A DNA stretch of 64,000 nucleotides from Mobula hypostoma (lineage: Eukaryota). The DNA lies in contig NC_086097.1 in NCBI RefSeq assembly GCF_963921235.1, positions 111,106,001-111,170,000 of the forward strand, given 5' to 3'. The stretch's first letter is position 1. Every line of letters begins with the position of its first letter. The notes beneath the pieces were generated by a model, which had not been told where the DNA came from, searched no databases, and saw only the letters and a program-made list of their open reading frames with translations. A program made the position numbers and the translations under genes. Positions 24,819-37,074 of the stretch are shown here, piece by piece.

Positions 24819-27800
24819 ATGAATATCGACAGACCCGGAGTTTTTGGCGAAGGCTAGAAAGGGTGTTATATCCGAGATTGCCAGAAGGTTGGACCTTAAA
24901 AGAATTACGAAGGTTACAACAAAGCCAGTAATTCAGAGAAAAATCGCAGCACACTATTAAAGAGTTGGGTGTTTTTGATGAAGACATGTTAGATATGTTT
25001 CCATTGAGTAATCCAGAGATGCAGTTACATATTGAACAAATACAGTTAAAGCAATTAGAGGCTGATTTGGAAAGAAGTCAGTTAGAAGCTGAAAATAAAC
25101 AGAAGGAATTCGAGTCTAAAGCCCATAGGAAAAGGGAATTTGAAGAAAGAGAAGCAAAGAAACAGAGGAAATTTGATCTAGAGATGGAGAAATTAAATTC
25201 CGAGAATCAGTCCTCTGGTTCTAGGGAACAGTTTGTTGCTTGTCGAGAGGTTATTTTGTCTCCTCCATTTAATGAAATAGAAGTGGACAAATATTTCCAA
25301 CATTTTGAAACTATTGCTCTGAGTTTAGGGTGGCCGAAAGATAGATAGCCAGTGATGTTACAGAGTGTAATGAGAGGCAAGGCCTTATACAGCTTTAATT
25401 GCAGAGCAAGCACTTGATTATGATATTATGAAGCAGCATAGATTGAAAGCGTATGAACTGGTTCCAGAAGCTTATAGAGAAAGATTCAGAAATTTGAAGA
25501 AATCTGTGGAAAAAACCTACGTGGAATTTGCCTACGAGAAATCTGTGTTTTGAGAGATGGGTTTCCTCTAAAAATGTGAATGGGGAGTATAATAAATTAA
25601 AAGAGTTGATTTTACTGGAGGAATTTAAAAGGAGCAATCCTGTTGAAGTGAGGACATACTTAAATGAAAGGGACACTGCTACATTGCAGGAGTCTGCTAA
25701 ATTAGCTGATGAGTATGCTTTAATTCATAAGAATAAATTTTCTCCAAGTAGAACTTTTAAAAGAAAAAATAGCACAGAGAGTCAAGGTAAACCAGAAATT
25801 AAATCTGTAGTTAGTGCGAAAGGTGAGGATGAAGGGAGACATGTGAAGGAAAGACATTTTAGTCCTATTTGTAATTATAGTAAGAAACCTGGACATGTAA
25901 TAGCTAACTGTTTTCGATTGAAAAAGAAAGAGGAGGAGGCAGTCCCAGATGCTTGTGTACAGCATATTGAAACATCTGTAAATCCACAGAGTTCGATAAA
26001 TACCAATGAAGTTTTGTCAGAGTCTGACCAAGTTAAGAGGGGATATGAACATTTTATAACCGAGGGATTTGGATCCTTGAAAGAGGGATCCACTCCAGTG
26101 CCAATAAGAATCCTTAGAGATACTGGAGCTTCTCAATTACCAATGTTAGACAGTGTTCTAAAGTTTAGTGGTGAATCTGATATTGGTGAGGTAAACTATA
26201 CAAGAGGAGTTGGGAGTGCCTTTATGCCGGTATATTTGCATAGAGTAAATTTAAGGTTAGGGTTAGTTACAGGGCCTGTTAAAGTAGGACTACAACCCAG
26301 TTTACCCGTGAATGATGTTTCTCTATTGTTAGGGAATGACTTAGCAGACGGACAAGTTTTTCCTGAAGTGCATTTGACAATAAAGCCTATTTCTGAGGAA
26401 CCACAGAAGGATTCTAACACAGATTCTTCCTGTGTTGTAACCCGAGCTATGGCTAAAAAGATTGATGTGCAGGATGGGTCTGTTACCCATGACTGTTCAA
26501 CTCAGGATGCGAATGTTGAGGATGGGTCAGAAACTTTCTTACCTTCATTATTTAATCAAGATTATTGTAGTAAATCCGACCACGAAGATTTGTCTTTATC
26601 TCAGAAGGAGATGATAGCAGAGCAGAGTAGAGACCCTGAGATTATCAAATTAAAGGAACAAGCTCTTCCAAATAGTGAAATTGAGAAGGTGCCAGTAAGA
26701 TATTATTTTGAAAAGGGAGTATTAATGAGGAAGTGGAGATCACCTACAATTCTTGCAAGTGATGAATGGGAAGTTAATCACCAGGTAGTAGTTCCTGAGG
26801 TTTATCGAAATGAGATTTTAACTATGGCTCATAGTATGCCTTTGGGTGGCCATCAAGGTGTAAAAAAAAACTATGAACAAGGTTTTTAAACATTTTTACT
26901 GGCCAAGTTTAAGAAAAGATGTGGCGACATTTTGCAGAACGTGTCATATTTGTCAAATTGTGGGTAAACCTATTCAAGTTACTCCAGTGGCCCCACTGCA
27001 ACCGATTCCAGCATGTGGTGAGCCATTTTCCAAAATTATTATAGACTGTGTAGGCCCATTGCCAAAAATTAAAACTGGACATCAATATTTGCTGACCATT
27101 ATGTGTACAGCGTCTAGGTTTCCAGAGGCAATACCTCTTAGGAATATAACAGCCAAAACTGCGACAAAGGCTCTTATAAATTTCTTTACTTATTTTGAGT
27201 TGCCTAAGGAAATACATTCTGATCAAGGTAGTAATTTTATGTCTGGGTTGTTCCAGCAGATAGTTTATAAACTGGGAGCAAAACAGATTACCTCATCTGC
27301 ATATCATCCAGAATCACAAGGAGCCTTGGAGAGATTCCATTCTACCCTCAAAACTATGATTAGGACGTATTGTGTGGAAAATGAAAAGGACTGGGATGAA
27401 GGCTTACTTTTACTACTTTTTTGCAGTACGGGAGGCAGTGCAAGAATCATTAGGTTTGAACTTGTGAACTTGTCCTTTTGAACTTGTGTTTGGGCATAGA
27501 GTTCGAGGACCTTTGGCCTTGTTGAAAGAACAGTGGATTAATAAAGAGTACATACTAATTTGCTGGATTATGTTTTAAAATTCAAGGAAAGATTACATAA
27601 AGTTTGTAGCTTAGCCAAGGAAATTTTAAAATCAGCTCAGGAGAAAATGAAAACTTGGTATGATAAGGAAGCTAGAATGAGGTCATTTAAGCCTGGAGAT
27701 AAAGTGTTGGTTCGTTTCCCGGTGCAAACAAACCCATTACAAGCAAAATTTCATGGTCCTTATGAGATTAAATTTAAATTAAATGATGTGGATTACGTGA

Positions 27801-29381
27801 TAAAAACCCCAGATCGAAGAAAGTCAACACAGCTATGTCATATAACTATGATAAAACCGTATTATGAGAGACAGGCTGCTACTATGACTGTTGTGGTCAA
27901 TAATAATGAGTTTGATCCCACTGGGAACTTAATGGATAATTCACCTGAAGCTCATTTTAAACCCAACATTATTTCTGCCAGATTACCAAACTCAACAATT
28001 CTGGAAAATATTGATGAGAAATTAGCTCATTTACAGCCAGAGCAGAGACAGCAGATGAAACAGTTAATTTTTAAATATAGGGATAGGGCTATATTTCCAG
28101 ACGTTCCTAGAAGAACCACCGTAGCTTCGCATGATGTAGATGTTGGAGATGCAAAACCCAGAAAACCAATAAAACAACATCCATATCGGATGAACAGGGA
28201 AAAATGTGAACTTGCTGAACAAGAAATTAAGTATATGTTCAAGACCTTCTAATTCGAATTGGAGTTCACCATGTGTTATGGTGCCTAAGCCAGACAATAG
28301 TATTCTGTTTTGTACAGATTACAGGAAGGTGAATGCTGTGACAAAAATTGATGAATATCCAATCCCTAGGGTAGATGATTGTGTGGATAAAGTTGAACGA
28401 GCAAAGATTGATTTGTTAAAAGGTTATTGGTGTGTTCCATTGACGGATAGAGGTAGAGAGATTTCTGCATTTGTGACCCCATCTGGTTTATATGAATATA
28501 ATGTTCTTCCATTTGGAATGAAGAATGTACCAGGTACTTTCCAGTGGATGATTAATAGTGTGGTTCATGGGTTAAAAGATACGGATGCCTATATTGATGA
28601 TTTAGTTACAGGAAATAATACTTGGAAAGCACATATTACTGCCGTGGAGAAACTATTTGAAAGACTTTCAAAAGCTAACTTAACTATTAACTTAGGTAAA
28701 AGTGAATTTGGTCATGCCACGGTGACCTACCTTGGTTATGTTGTGGGTCAAGAAAAATTAGCTCTGGTGCAGGCAATTTTAGAAGTACCCACTCCAACTG
28801 GTAAGAAAACTGTCAGAAGATTCTTGGATATGGTAGGAAATTACCGAAAATTTGTAAGAATTTTGTGAATATTGCTCTTCCATTAACTAACCTCTTGAAG
28901 AAAAATGAGAAGTTTGTTTGGACAGAGCCTTCCTCAAGAGGCCTTTGATAAATTGAAAACTATACTATGTAGTCAACCTGTGTTCAAATCCCCTGACTTT
29001 GAAAAACCATTTTCATTAGCTGTAGATGCTAGTGCTGAAGCTGCAGGAACAGTGTTACTTCAAAGGGATGAGGGCGATAAAGTTGATCGTCCAGTAGCTT
29101 ACTTTTCTAAGAAATTTAATTTGCATCAAAGAAATTATTCAACGATAGAAAAGGAATTATCTCTTGTTTTGGCTTTACAACATTCTGAAGTGTATGTTTG
29201 TACTACTCAGAAACCACTCATAGTTTACATTGATCATAATCTGTTAGTGTTTTTGAGTAAGATGAAAAACAAAAATAGAAGATTACTTAATTGGAGTTTG
29301 ATGTTACAGGAGTATAATATTTTGATAACTCATATTAAAGGTAAAGATAAAGTGATCGCTGATTGTCTATCTAGATGTTAA
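24819..29381 (+). pseudogene. Gmr1-like gag-pol with stops and frameshifts
   Basis: SCAN-like capsid (PEAYRERFR…LILLEEF), degenerate zinc knuckle CNYSKKPGHVIANC, protease LRDTGAS, integrase (H..GGH…C..C, IDCVGP, HSDQG, YHPESQGALER), RT AYIDD and RNase H VDAS…NYSTIEKE…VIADCLSR. Confidence 0.9.
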
Positions 29382-31387
29382 AGGTACAATGTAAATTTTT
29401 TTATCGAGTGGTATTTTAACATTTGTAACACTCCTGTATATTAGTTTGCAGGATGCTGTATGATAATACTGCGCATATTGTGCAAGTTGTAAATTTTATA
29501 CATTTGTTTTTTTTTTGTAAATATTTAATTGTTAAAATTTTGCTCCTAAAAAGACCAAAATTTTTTTTTGGGAGGGAGGTGTTACATACCTCATGGGTAT
29601 CTTGTAACTGTCTTATGACCATGATGTAATTGAGTATCTGATGAGCATGATGTACTGGTCTTGTGGAGGTCACATGATGTAATTTTCCTGCCGGTGAGGT
29701 CACATGATGACATGTTCTCACCAGGTATATAAGGGGAGACCCCTGGTGTGACGCAGTTAGCTTTTCCAGTTGAGTTTTAAGTTTAGTTTGTTATTTCATT
29801 CGTCAGATACTCCGTTATGCTGTGTATTCGTCTTATGACGCAGTTTCGTTTTAAAGTGGAATTCTACTTTCTATTGTGAGTAATATTGGAGAGTGAAGAC
29901 CTTACTAAAGTACAGGAATTCAAAGAGCGAGTAAAGCTGATATTGTTCGGCAGTTTTGGAGAGGATCTACCTTTATTGAATCTTCATTCAAGAAATAGTG
30001 ACCTGCATGAGATATCCTCTGCTAAAAGCAGGAAGGATTGCGCAGTGTCTATTCTCCAGAGGGAAAAGGTCAGTACCTTTAAACCGTATTTTTTCCGTCG
30101 TTGTGAATCCTGCGGACAAGGCAAGTTCTGGCTGGGATCAGCAGTAACATCATGTCTTCGAGGAATTCTTTACTTTAGGAAACACTCTCCTAATTGACTA
30201 TATAAATCTCTTGGACTTTCGAATTTACCATTCTAAGAACTGTGTTTGAATTTACCACTTTAAGAACTGTTTTCGCATTGACTCTTTTAAGAACTGTTCC
30301 AGAGTTGCCGCATAGCAGTTAACTTCCGGTTAAATTAGTCGTTTGAATATTTTTCGCTATTGTTGAGCTGAGTTTAATAAACGTTTGTTTGTTTGTTTTT
30401 ATAAAACCTGACTCAATTGACATTCATTATTGCCGGTCACGTGACAGTGAGGCAATGCCTTTTGAAGGTGTCCTCGATTCTGGAGAGGCTAGTGCCCACT
30501 TGGGAGTATTATGAGCAGTTTTGGGCCCCTTATTTAAGAAAAGATGTGCTAGTATTGGAGAGGGTCCAGGGGAGGTTTTCAGGAATGATGATCCGAGAAT
30601 GAATGGGTTAACTTATGAGTATTTGTTGGCACTAGGCCTGTACTTGCTGGCGTTTAGAAGAATGGAGGTGGGTGGTGAGACCTCACTGAAATCTATAAAA
30701 TATTGAAAAGCCTAGACAGAGTGGACATAGAGAAGATGTTTCCTATAGTAAGGGAGTCTAGGAGCAGAAGGCACAGCTCCAGAATAGTGGAACATTCATT
30801 TAGAACAGAGATGAAGAAGTTCTTTAGCCAGAGGGTGATGAACTTGTGGAATTCATTGCCAGAGACGACTGTGGAGGCCAAGTCATTGGATATATTTAAA
30901 GCAGAGGTCAACAGGTTCTTGATAAGTAAAGGCGTCAAAGGTTACAGGGAGAAGACAGGAGAATGGGGTTGAGAAGGAAATAAATCACCTATGACAGAAT
31001 GGCAGAGCAGACTCAATGTTCCTATCTCTCATTGATATTTCAATCTTGTTAACACAATTGCATAATGATTGAAATGTGCTAAACAGATGATAATCAATTT
31101 TAAAGTACTGAAATTCATTACTTAAATGCAGTGTCCCATTCTATCTTACAATCCACTGCAGTAAAACTGTAAAAACCCAACAGCCTTAGAAATTTGTTGG
31201 TATGTACAGTAGATTTTCCAAATAATCAAAGGTTACATCTAATAATAACCAACAGAATTTTCTTCACACGTTTTAAATATTGCACAGTAGTATAATGTGA
31301 CTGGAGGGGGAAGACTTTCAGTGCCTATGCCAGTGAGACTAAGAATAGGACAATATGGCTAATGAAAGTGTAGCTAAAAAAAATAGT

Positions 31388-31611
31388 ACAACAGGAATTC
31401 TGCAGATGCTGGAAATTCAAGCAACACACATCAAAGTTGCTGGTGAACGCAGCAGGCCAGGCAGCATCTCTAGGAAGAGGCACAGTCAACGTTTCAGGCT
31501 GAGACCCTTCGTCAGGACTCCACGAAGGGTCTCGGCCTGAAACGTCGGCTGTGCCTCTTCCTAGAGATGCTGCCTGGCCTGCTGCGTTCACCAGCAACTT
31601 TGATGTGTGTT
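31388..31611. mobile_element. ~224-bp palindromic miniature Penelope (two inverted tails; complete hammerhead at 31519-31484 on minus)
   Basis: Arms ~31420-31512 and ~31522-31613 are reverse complements. Flanked by GCT(A)8TAGT and GCT(A)7TAGT. Confidence 0.85.
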
Positions 31612-31984
31612 GCTAAAAAAATAGTGTAGTGGGCAGGAATTCAGATTAGTTTATCACTGGAATCTCTCCCAGGGCAGAGATTACACCTTTACTCTTTTGT
31701 TACACCTGAACAAAAGAGAACCAATATTGTGGTAATATTTGGTGGTGCTACAAGGGTGGGTTTAAATGAGATTTTCTATGGTGGTGTGATCCCATGCATC
31801 AGGAAGGTAAATGAGGCGGGTGACGTTACCTGGTTCAGGAGCTTGATGGTTATAGGGTAATGACTCTTTCAGAGGCACATGGCTGAAAGGAAATGGAGAG
31901 CTCTGTCGGAGTAGGTTAAAGGGTAGGCACAACACTGTGGGCTGTACTATTCTGTGTTTTTGACCAACACTTCATTCCTCAGAG

Positions 31985-32219
31985 CAGTGGTTCCCAACCG
32001 CCGGGCCGCAAAACATGTGCTACCGGGCCACGAGGAAATGATATGATTTGGCAATAAGAAATGATATGAGTCAGCTGCACATTTCCTCATTCCCTGTCAC
32101 GCACTGTTGAACTTGAACAACCCCTCCCTCATAAGCCCCCGCCCCAACGGTCGGCCGGTCCGCAAGAATATCGTCAATATTAAACCGGTCCGCAGTGGGC
32201 AAAAGGTTGGGGACCCCTG
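31985..32219. mobile_element. hAT/Charlie-like MITE
   Basis: TIRs CAGTGGTTCCCAAC / GTTGGGGACCCCTG; degenerate 8-bp TSD CCTCAGAG/CCTTAAAG. Confidence 0.8.
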
Positions 32220-32529
32220 CCTTAAAGCACGAGTTGATTGTACAGAGGTGCAAAAATAATGTGGGACATAGGTGAATGCACTCACTCCTTTCCCAGGGTT
32301 GCAGAATCAAGAATGAGAAGGCATAGGTTCAGGTTGAGAGGGGAACATATTCAGAGGAATCTGAAGGTCAACCTTCTTTTTAAAAATGCTAAGAGTGGTA
32401 TCTATGTGAAATCAGCTGCCAGTGGAAGTGGTTCAGGCGAGCACAATATCATTTAAGAGATAGTTGTGGCAGATACATGGATTGGAAAGGTGTAAAATCT
32501 TCGGAGCCAAACACCAGCAAATGGGACTA

Positions 32530-33856
32530 CGTAAACACGAGGAAATCTGCAGATGCTGGAATTTCAAGCAACACACATCAAAATTGCTGGTGAACGCAGC
32601 AGGCCAGGCAGCATCTCTAGGAAGAGGTACAGTCGACGTTTTGGGCTGAGACCCTTCATCAGGACTAACTGAAAGAAGATAGAGTAAGAGATTTGAAAGT
32701 GGGAGGGGGAAGGGGAGATCCAAAATGATAGGAGAAGACAGGAGGGGGAGGGATGGAGCTAAGAGCTGGAAAGTTGATTGGCAAAAGGAATATGAGAGGA
32801 TCATGGGACAGGAGGCCTAGCGAGAAAGAAAGTGGGAGGGGGGAAGTCCAGAGGATGGGCAAAGAGTATGGTGAGAGGGACAGAGGGAGAAAAAGGAGAG
32901 AGAGAGAAAGAATGTGTGTATATAAATAAATAACGGATGGGGTACGAGGGGGAGGTGGGGCATTAGCGGAAGTTTGAGAAGTCAATGTTCATGCCATCAG
33001 GTTGGAGGCTACCCAGACGGAATACAAGGTGTTGTTCCTCCAACCCGAGTGTGGCTTCATCTTTACAGTAGAGGAGGCCGTGGATAGACATATCAGTATG
33101 GGAATGGGATGTGGAATTAAAATGTGTGGCCACCGGGAGATCCTGCTTTCTCCGGCGGACAGAGCGTAGGTGTTCAGCAAAGTGGTCTCCCAGTCTGCAT
33201 CGGGTCTCGCCAATATATAGAAGGCCACATCGGGAGCACCGGATGCAGTACATCACCCCAGCCGACTCACAGGTGAAGTGTCGCCTCACCTGGAAAGACT
33301 GTATGGGGCTCTGAATGGTAGTGAGGGAGGAAGTGTAAGGGCATGTGTAGCACTTGTTCCGCTTACAAGGATAAGTGCCAGGAGGGAGATCAGTGGGGAG
33401 GGATGGGGGGGGAATGAATGGACAAGGGAGTCACGTAGGGAGCGATCCCTGCGGAAAGCGGGGGAGGGGAGGGAAAGATGTGCTTCGTGGTGGGATCCCT
33501 TTGGAGGTGGCGGAAGTTACAGAGAATTATATGTTGGACCTGGAGGCTGGTGGGGTGGTAGGTGAGGACAAGGGGAACCCTATTCCTAGTGGGGTGGCGG
33601 GAGGATGGAGTGAGAGCAGATGTGCATGATATGGGGGAGATGCGTTTGAGAACAGAGTTGATGGTGGAGGAAGGGAAGCCCCTTTCTCTAAAAAAGGAGG
33701 ACATCTCCCTCGTCCTGGAATGAAAAGCCTCATTCTGAGAGCAGATGCGGCGGAGATGGAGGAATTGCGAGAAGGGGATGGCATTTTTGCAAGAGACAGG
33801 GTGAGAAGAGGAATAGTCCAGATAGCTGTGAGAGTCAGTAGGCTTATAGTAGACAC
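32530..33856 (-). mobile_element. 5'-truncated Penelope-like element (RT C-terminus, GIY-YIG, tail; hammerhead 32666-32631 with GAAA>AAAA)
   Basis: YYKPTDSHSYL and GVMYCIRC…YIGET motifs; 9-bp TSD ATGGGACTA (32521-32529 / 33857-33865) inside a CR1 3' end. Confidence 0.92.
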
Positions 33857-34659
33857 ATGGGACTAGCTTGGATGGGGCAACTTGACTGCAATGGACCAGT
33901 TGGGCCAAAGAACCTGTTTCCAGTGAACCCATGGAGTTTAAAAGGAATAGGAAATTTTAAAGCACTCTGTATTTTGATTGAGTTCCTGACTCCACTGCTA
34001 GTTCTGGTTACACATCCAGCCTCAATCCAGACCCCAGCCATGATCCGCAACCTACTTGACTCTGAAAACCTGGCTCATGTTCTGGACTAATGAACAAGTC
34101 AGATTTCCAAACAAATTCAATACCTGATTAATGAAGCTTCATGACCTATAGACCATCATATTTTAATGACTTTGAACAGTTCCCCTTCAAAAGAAAGTTC
34201 TCAACACATACTGTAGACCCAGCTTTAATTTACAACTGGCTGAACGGGAACTCTTGGGAAGGAAATCAAATGGGCAAAAAGGGGAGACAGGATATCATGG
34301 CAGTTAAGGTAAAGGAGAATTATAAGCAATTCAATAAATATATTAATAATCATTTACTTATAGAGCACTTTTCATACAAACAATGTAGATACAAGTGCGT
34401 TACAATGGGATAAAATGCAAACATGAAAATAAATGACAAAAAAATGTTAGTCAAAACCAAGGTTTTAAATAGGATTTCTGGCATTTAAAAGTGTCAAATG
34501 AGTCTGCGTTCCTTATAATTTCAGGTATTGAGTTCCACAGTTCAGGAACATATTCAAAAAAGCTGACCTGCCAATTATCATTATATTATCTTAACATATT
34601 AAGAACAAAAGGACAGAGAATATATTAAGAACTATGCAGAGAATTACTATTATTTTATT

Positions 34660-35060
34660 ACTACTCATTAGACGCTGACATTTAGGGCAGCATTGAAGGT
34701 CCTCTTTCTCAGGCAGAGTTCAGGGCTTCCTTCATCACGTCAGGTGTAGGATTTCACTACTGAGAGTCATGCAAGTCCCAGGTGGAGACTCAGGAATACC
34801 ATCACATTCAGATGTGGAAAGATTCTTCATTGCTGTTTCCATAACAATTTTGTTTTGTTAGCACTGAGCTGAACCCCCAAACCTGGAGGACTGGTGGACC
34901 ACTCTAAGTATGACTTCTACCCTTTGACCTGTTTGGCATGAGTGACCGTACCAAGAGCCAAAGCATAATGCCCTGACTCCAGTCAACATAGCTCTCTGGG
35001 CCATTGAGGCACGCAAGCCTCCAAATCCTACACCAAGGTTGTGGTCATCTTGGTGGTAGG
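34660..35060 (-). mobile_element. Short RTE (Rex3/Expander-like) derived non-autonomous element
   Basis: Minus strand resembles recalled Rex3-type 5' UTRs (GGAGGCTTGCGTGCCTCAATG…GGTCACTCATGCCAAACAGGTC) joined to a short 3' end with a TAA/TAG-rich tail. Related pieces at ~330-545 and ~7900-8250. Confidence 0.5.
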
Positions 35061-36192
35061 CAGAAAACAGGTTCCCTTAAAGAACATTATCTTGTGTGCA
35101 GCCAAAAGGATATAAGCTGAATCTTAAACGAATACTTCTCATTTGTATTTACTGTGGAGAAGGTCATGGAAATGAGAGAATTTTAGGGAAGGCAACAATT
35201 ATGTCCTAAAACACATCAGTATTACAAAACAAGAGGTGCTTAGTGTCTTAAAGCTCATGAGAGTCAAAGTCGCACAACACAGTAACAGTCCATGCCAACC
35301 AAATTATCTTCTTGAGCTAATCCCATTTACTTGCATTTCACCCATAATCCACAACACCTTACTTATGTACATACCAGTTGAAACATTGGAAACACTTGCC
35401 CTTCAAGTCCCCTTTAAATCATTCTCCTGTCACCTTAAACCTATGCCCTCCAGTTTTAGACTCCCCTACCCTGGGAAAAACACTGCAATCCTCTCTACAA
35501 TTCAGCCTCACCAATGACTTATACAATTGTATCATTATGTCCCATTTCCTATACTCAATCCCTATCTGATGAAGAATAGCATGCTGAAGACATTTTTCAC
35601 CATCCTGTCTACTCATGATACCACGTTCAAAGAACCATTACTGTTCCATTATTTTTCCTACTACCATTCACACTCCAAGTCCTAAGCTGGTTTGCCAAAT
35701 TCATCACCTCACACTTGGCTATATGGCAGTACTGAAATCCAGTTGCCACTCGGTAGCCCAACTCCCTACCTGGTGGATGTCCACATAATCTACAATAACG
35801 TTCTTCACTATCAGAATGCCTCTGAATTTCAGATCATCCATTAAATTACTGATCAAGCTTCGCCTAAGTAATGAATAACAAGGGCACCAACACCAATCCC
35901 CCGTGCACACTAGTCAGCACCCTCCATTCCAGAAAACAACCTTGAATCATCACCTTGCTTCCCACTTCTGAACGATTTTGAATCCATTTAACTAGCTCTC
36001 CCTGGAATCCTTGCAGACCAGCCTACTATGTGGCACCCTGGCAGCCTTTTGCTGAAGTCCAAGTGGACAAATACCGCTGCCTACCCTGATGTAACTCTTC
36101 AAAACATCTAAAAGGTTCAGCAAGCATGACTTAGCACACGAATGCAAGCTGACTTCTAATTTTACTGTCTATCCAAATGCTGGTAGATCCTG

Positions 36193-37074
36193 CAGCATCT
36201 CTAGGAAGAGGTACAGTCGACGTTTCAGGCCGAGACCCTTCGTCAGGGACTAACTGAAGGAAGAGTTAGTAAGAGATTTGAAAGTGGGAAGGAGAGGGGG
36301 AGATCCAAAATGATAGGAGAAGACAGGAGGGGGAGGGATGGAGCCAAGAGCTGGACAGGTGATTGGCAAAGGGGATACGAGAGGATCATGGGACAGGAGG
36401 TCCGGTAAGAAAGACGGGGGGGGGGAGAACCCAGAGGATGGGCAAAGGGTATAGTCAGAGGAACAGAGGGAGAAAAAGGAGAGTGAGAGAAAAAATGTGT
36501 GTATAAAAATAAATAACAGATGGGGTACGAGGGGGAGGTGGGTCCTCTACTGTAAAGATGAAGCCACACTCAGGTTGGAGGAACAACACCTTATACTCCA
36601 TCTGGGTAGCCTCCAACCTGATGGCATGAACATCGACTTCTCTAACTTCCGCTAATGCCCCACCTCCCCCTCGTACCCCATCTATTATTTATTTTTATAC
36701 ATTCTTTCTCTCACTCTCCTTTTTCTCCCTCTGTCCCTCTGACTATACCCATTGCCCATCCTCTGGGTTCCCCCCCTCCCTTGCCTTTCTTCCCAGACCT
36801 CCTGTCCCATGATCCTCTCGTATCCCTTTTGCCAATCAGCTGTCCAGCTCTTGGCTCCATCCCTCCCCCTCCTGTCTTCTCTTATCATTTTGGATCTCCC
36901 CCTCCCACTTTCAAATCTCTTACTAGCTCTTCTTTCAGTTCGTCCTGACGAAGGGTTTCGGCCTGAAACGTCGACTGTACCTCTTCCTAGAGATGCTGCA
37001 TGGCCTGCTGCGTTCACCAGCAACTTTGATGTGTGTTGCTTGAATTTCCAGCATCTGCAGAATTCCTGTTGTTG
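36193..37074. mobile_element. Inverted-arm Penelope insertion (minus arm to ~36542, plus arm ~36543-37074) with two intact hammerhead cores
   Basis: Hammerheads at 36251-36215 (minus) and 36941-36976 (plus); imperfect 14-bp TSD GCTGGTAGATCCTG/GCTGATAGAGCCTG. Confidence 0.88.

Larger units (their letters stand above)
16622..30446 (+). mobile_element. Full-length but decayed Gmr1-like Ty3/Gypsy LTR retrotransposon
   Basis: LTRs of ~866 bp, TGTTAC…GTGACA (16622-17287 + 24491-24690; 29580-30446). 5-bp TSD GTGAG, PBS-like TAGGGGCTC after 24690, PPT GGGAGGGAGG at 29570-29579. Domain order gag-PR-IN-RT-RH. Confidence 0.93.
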
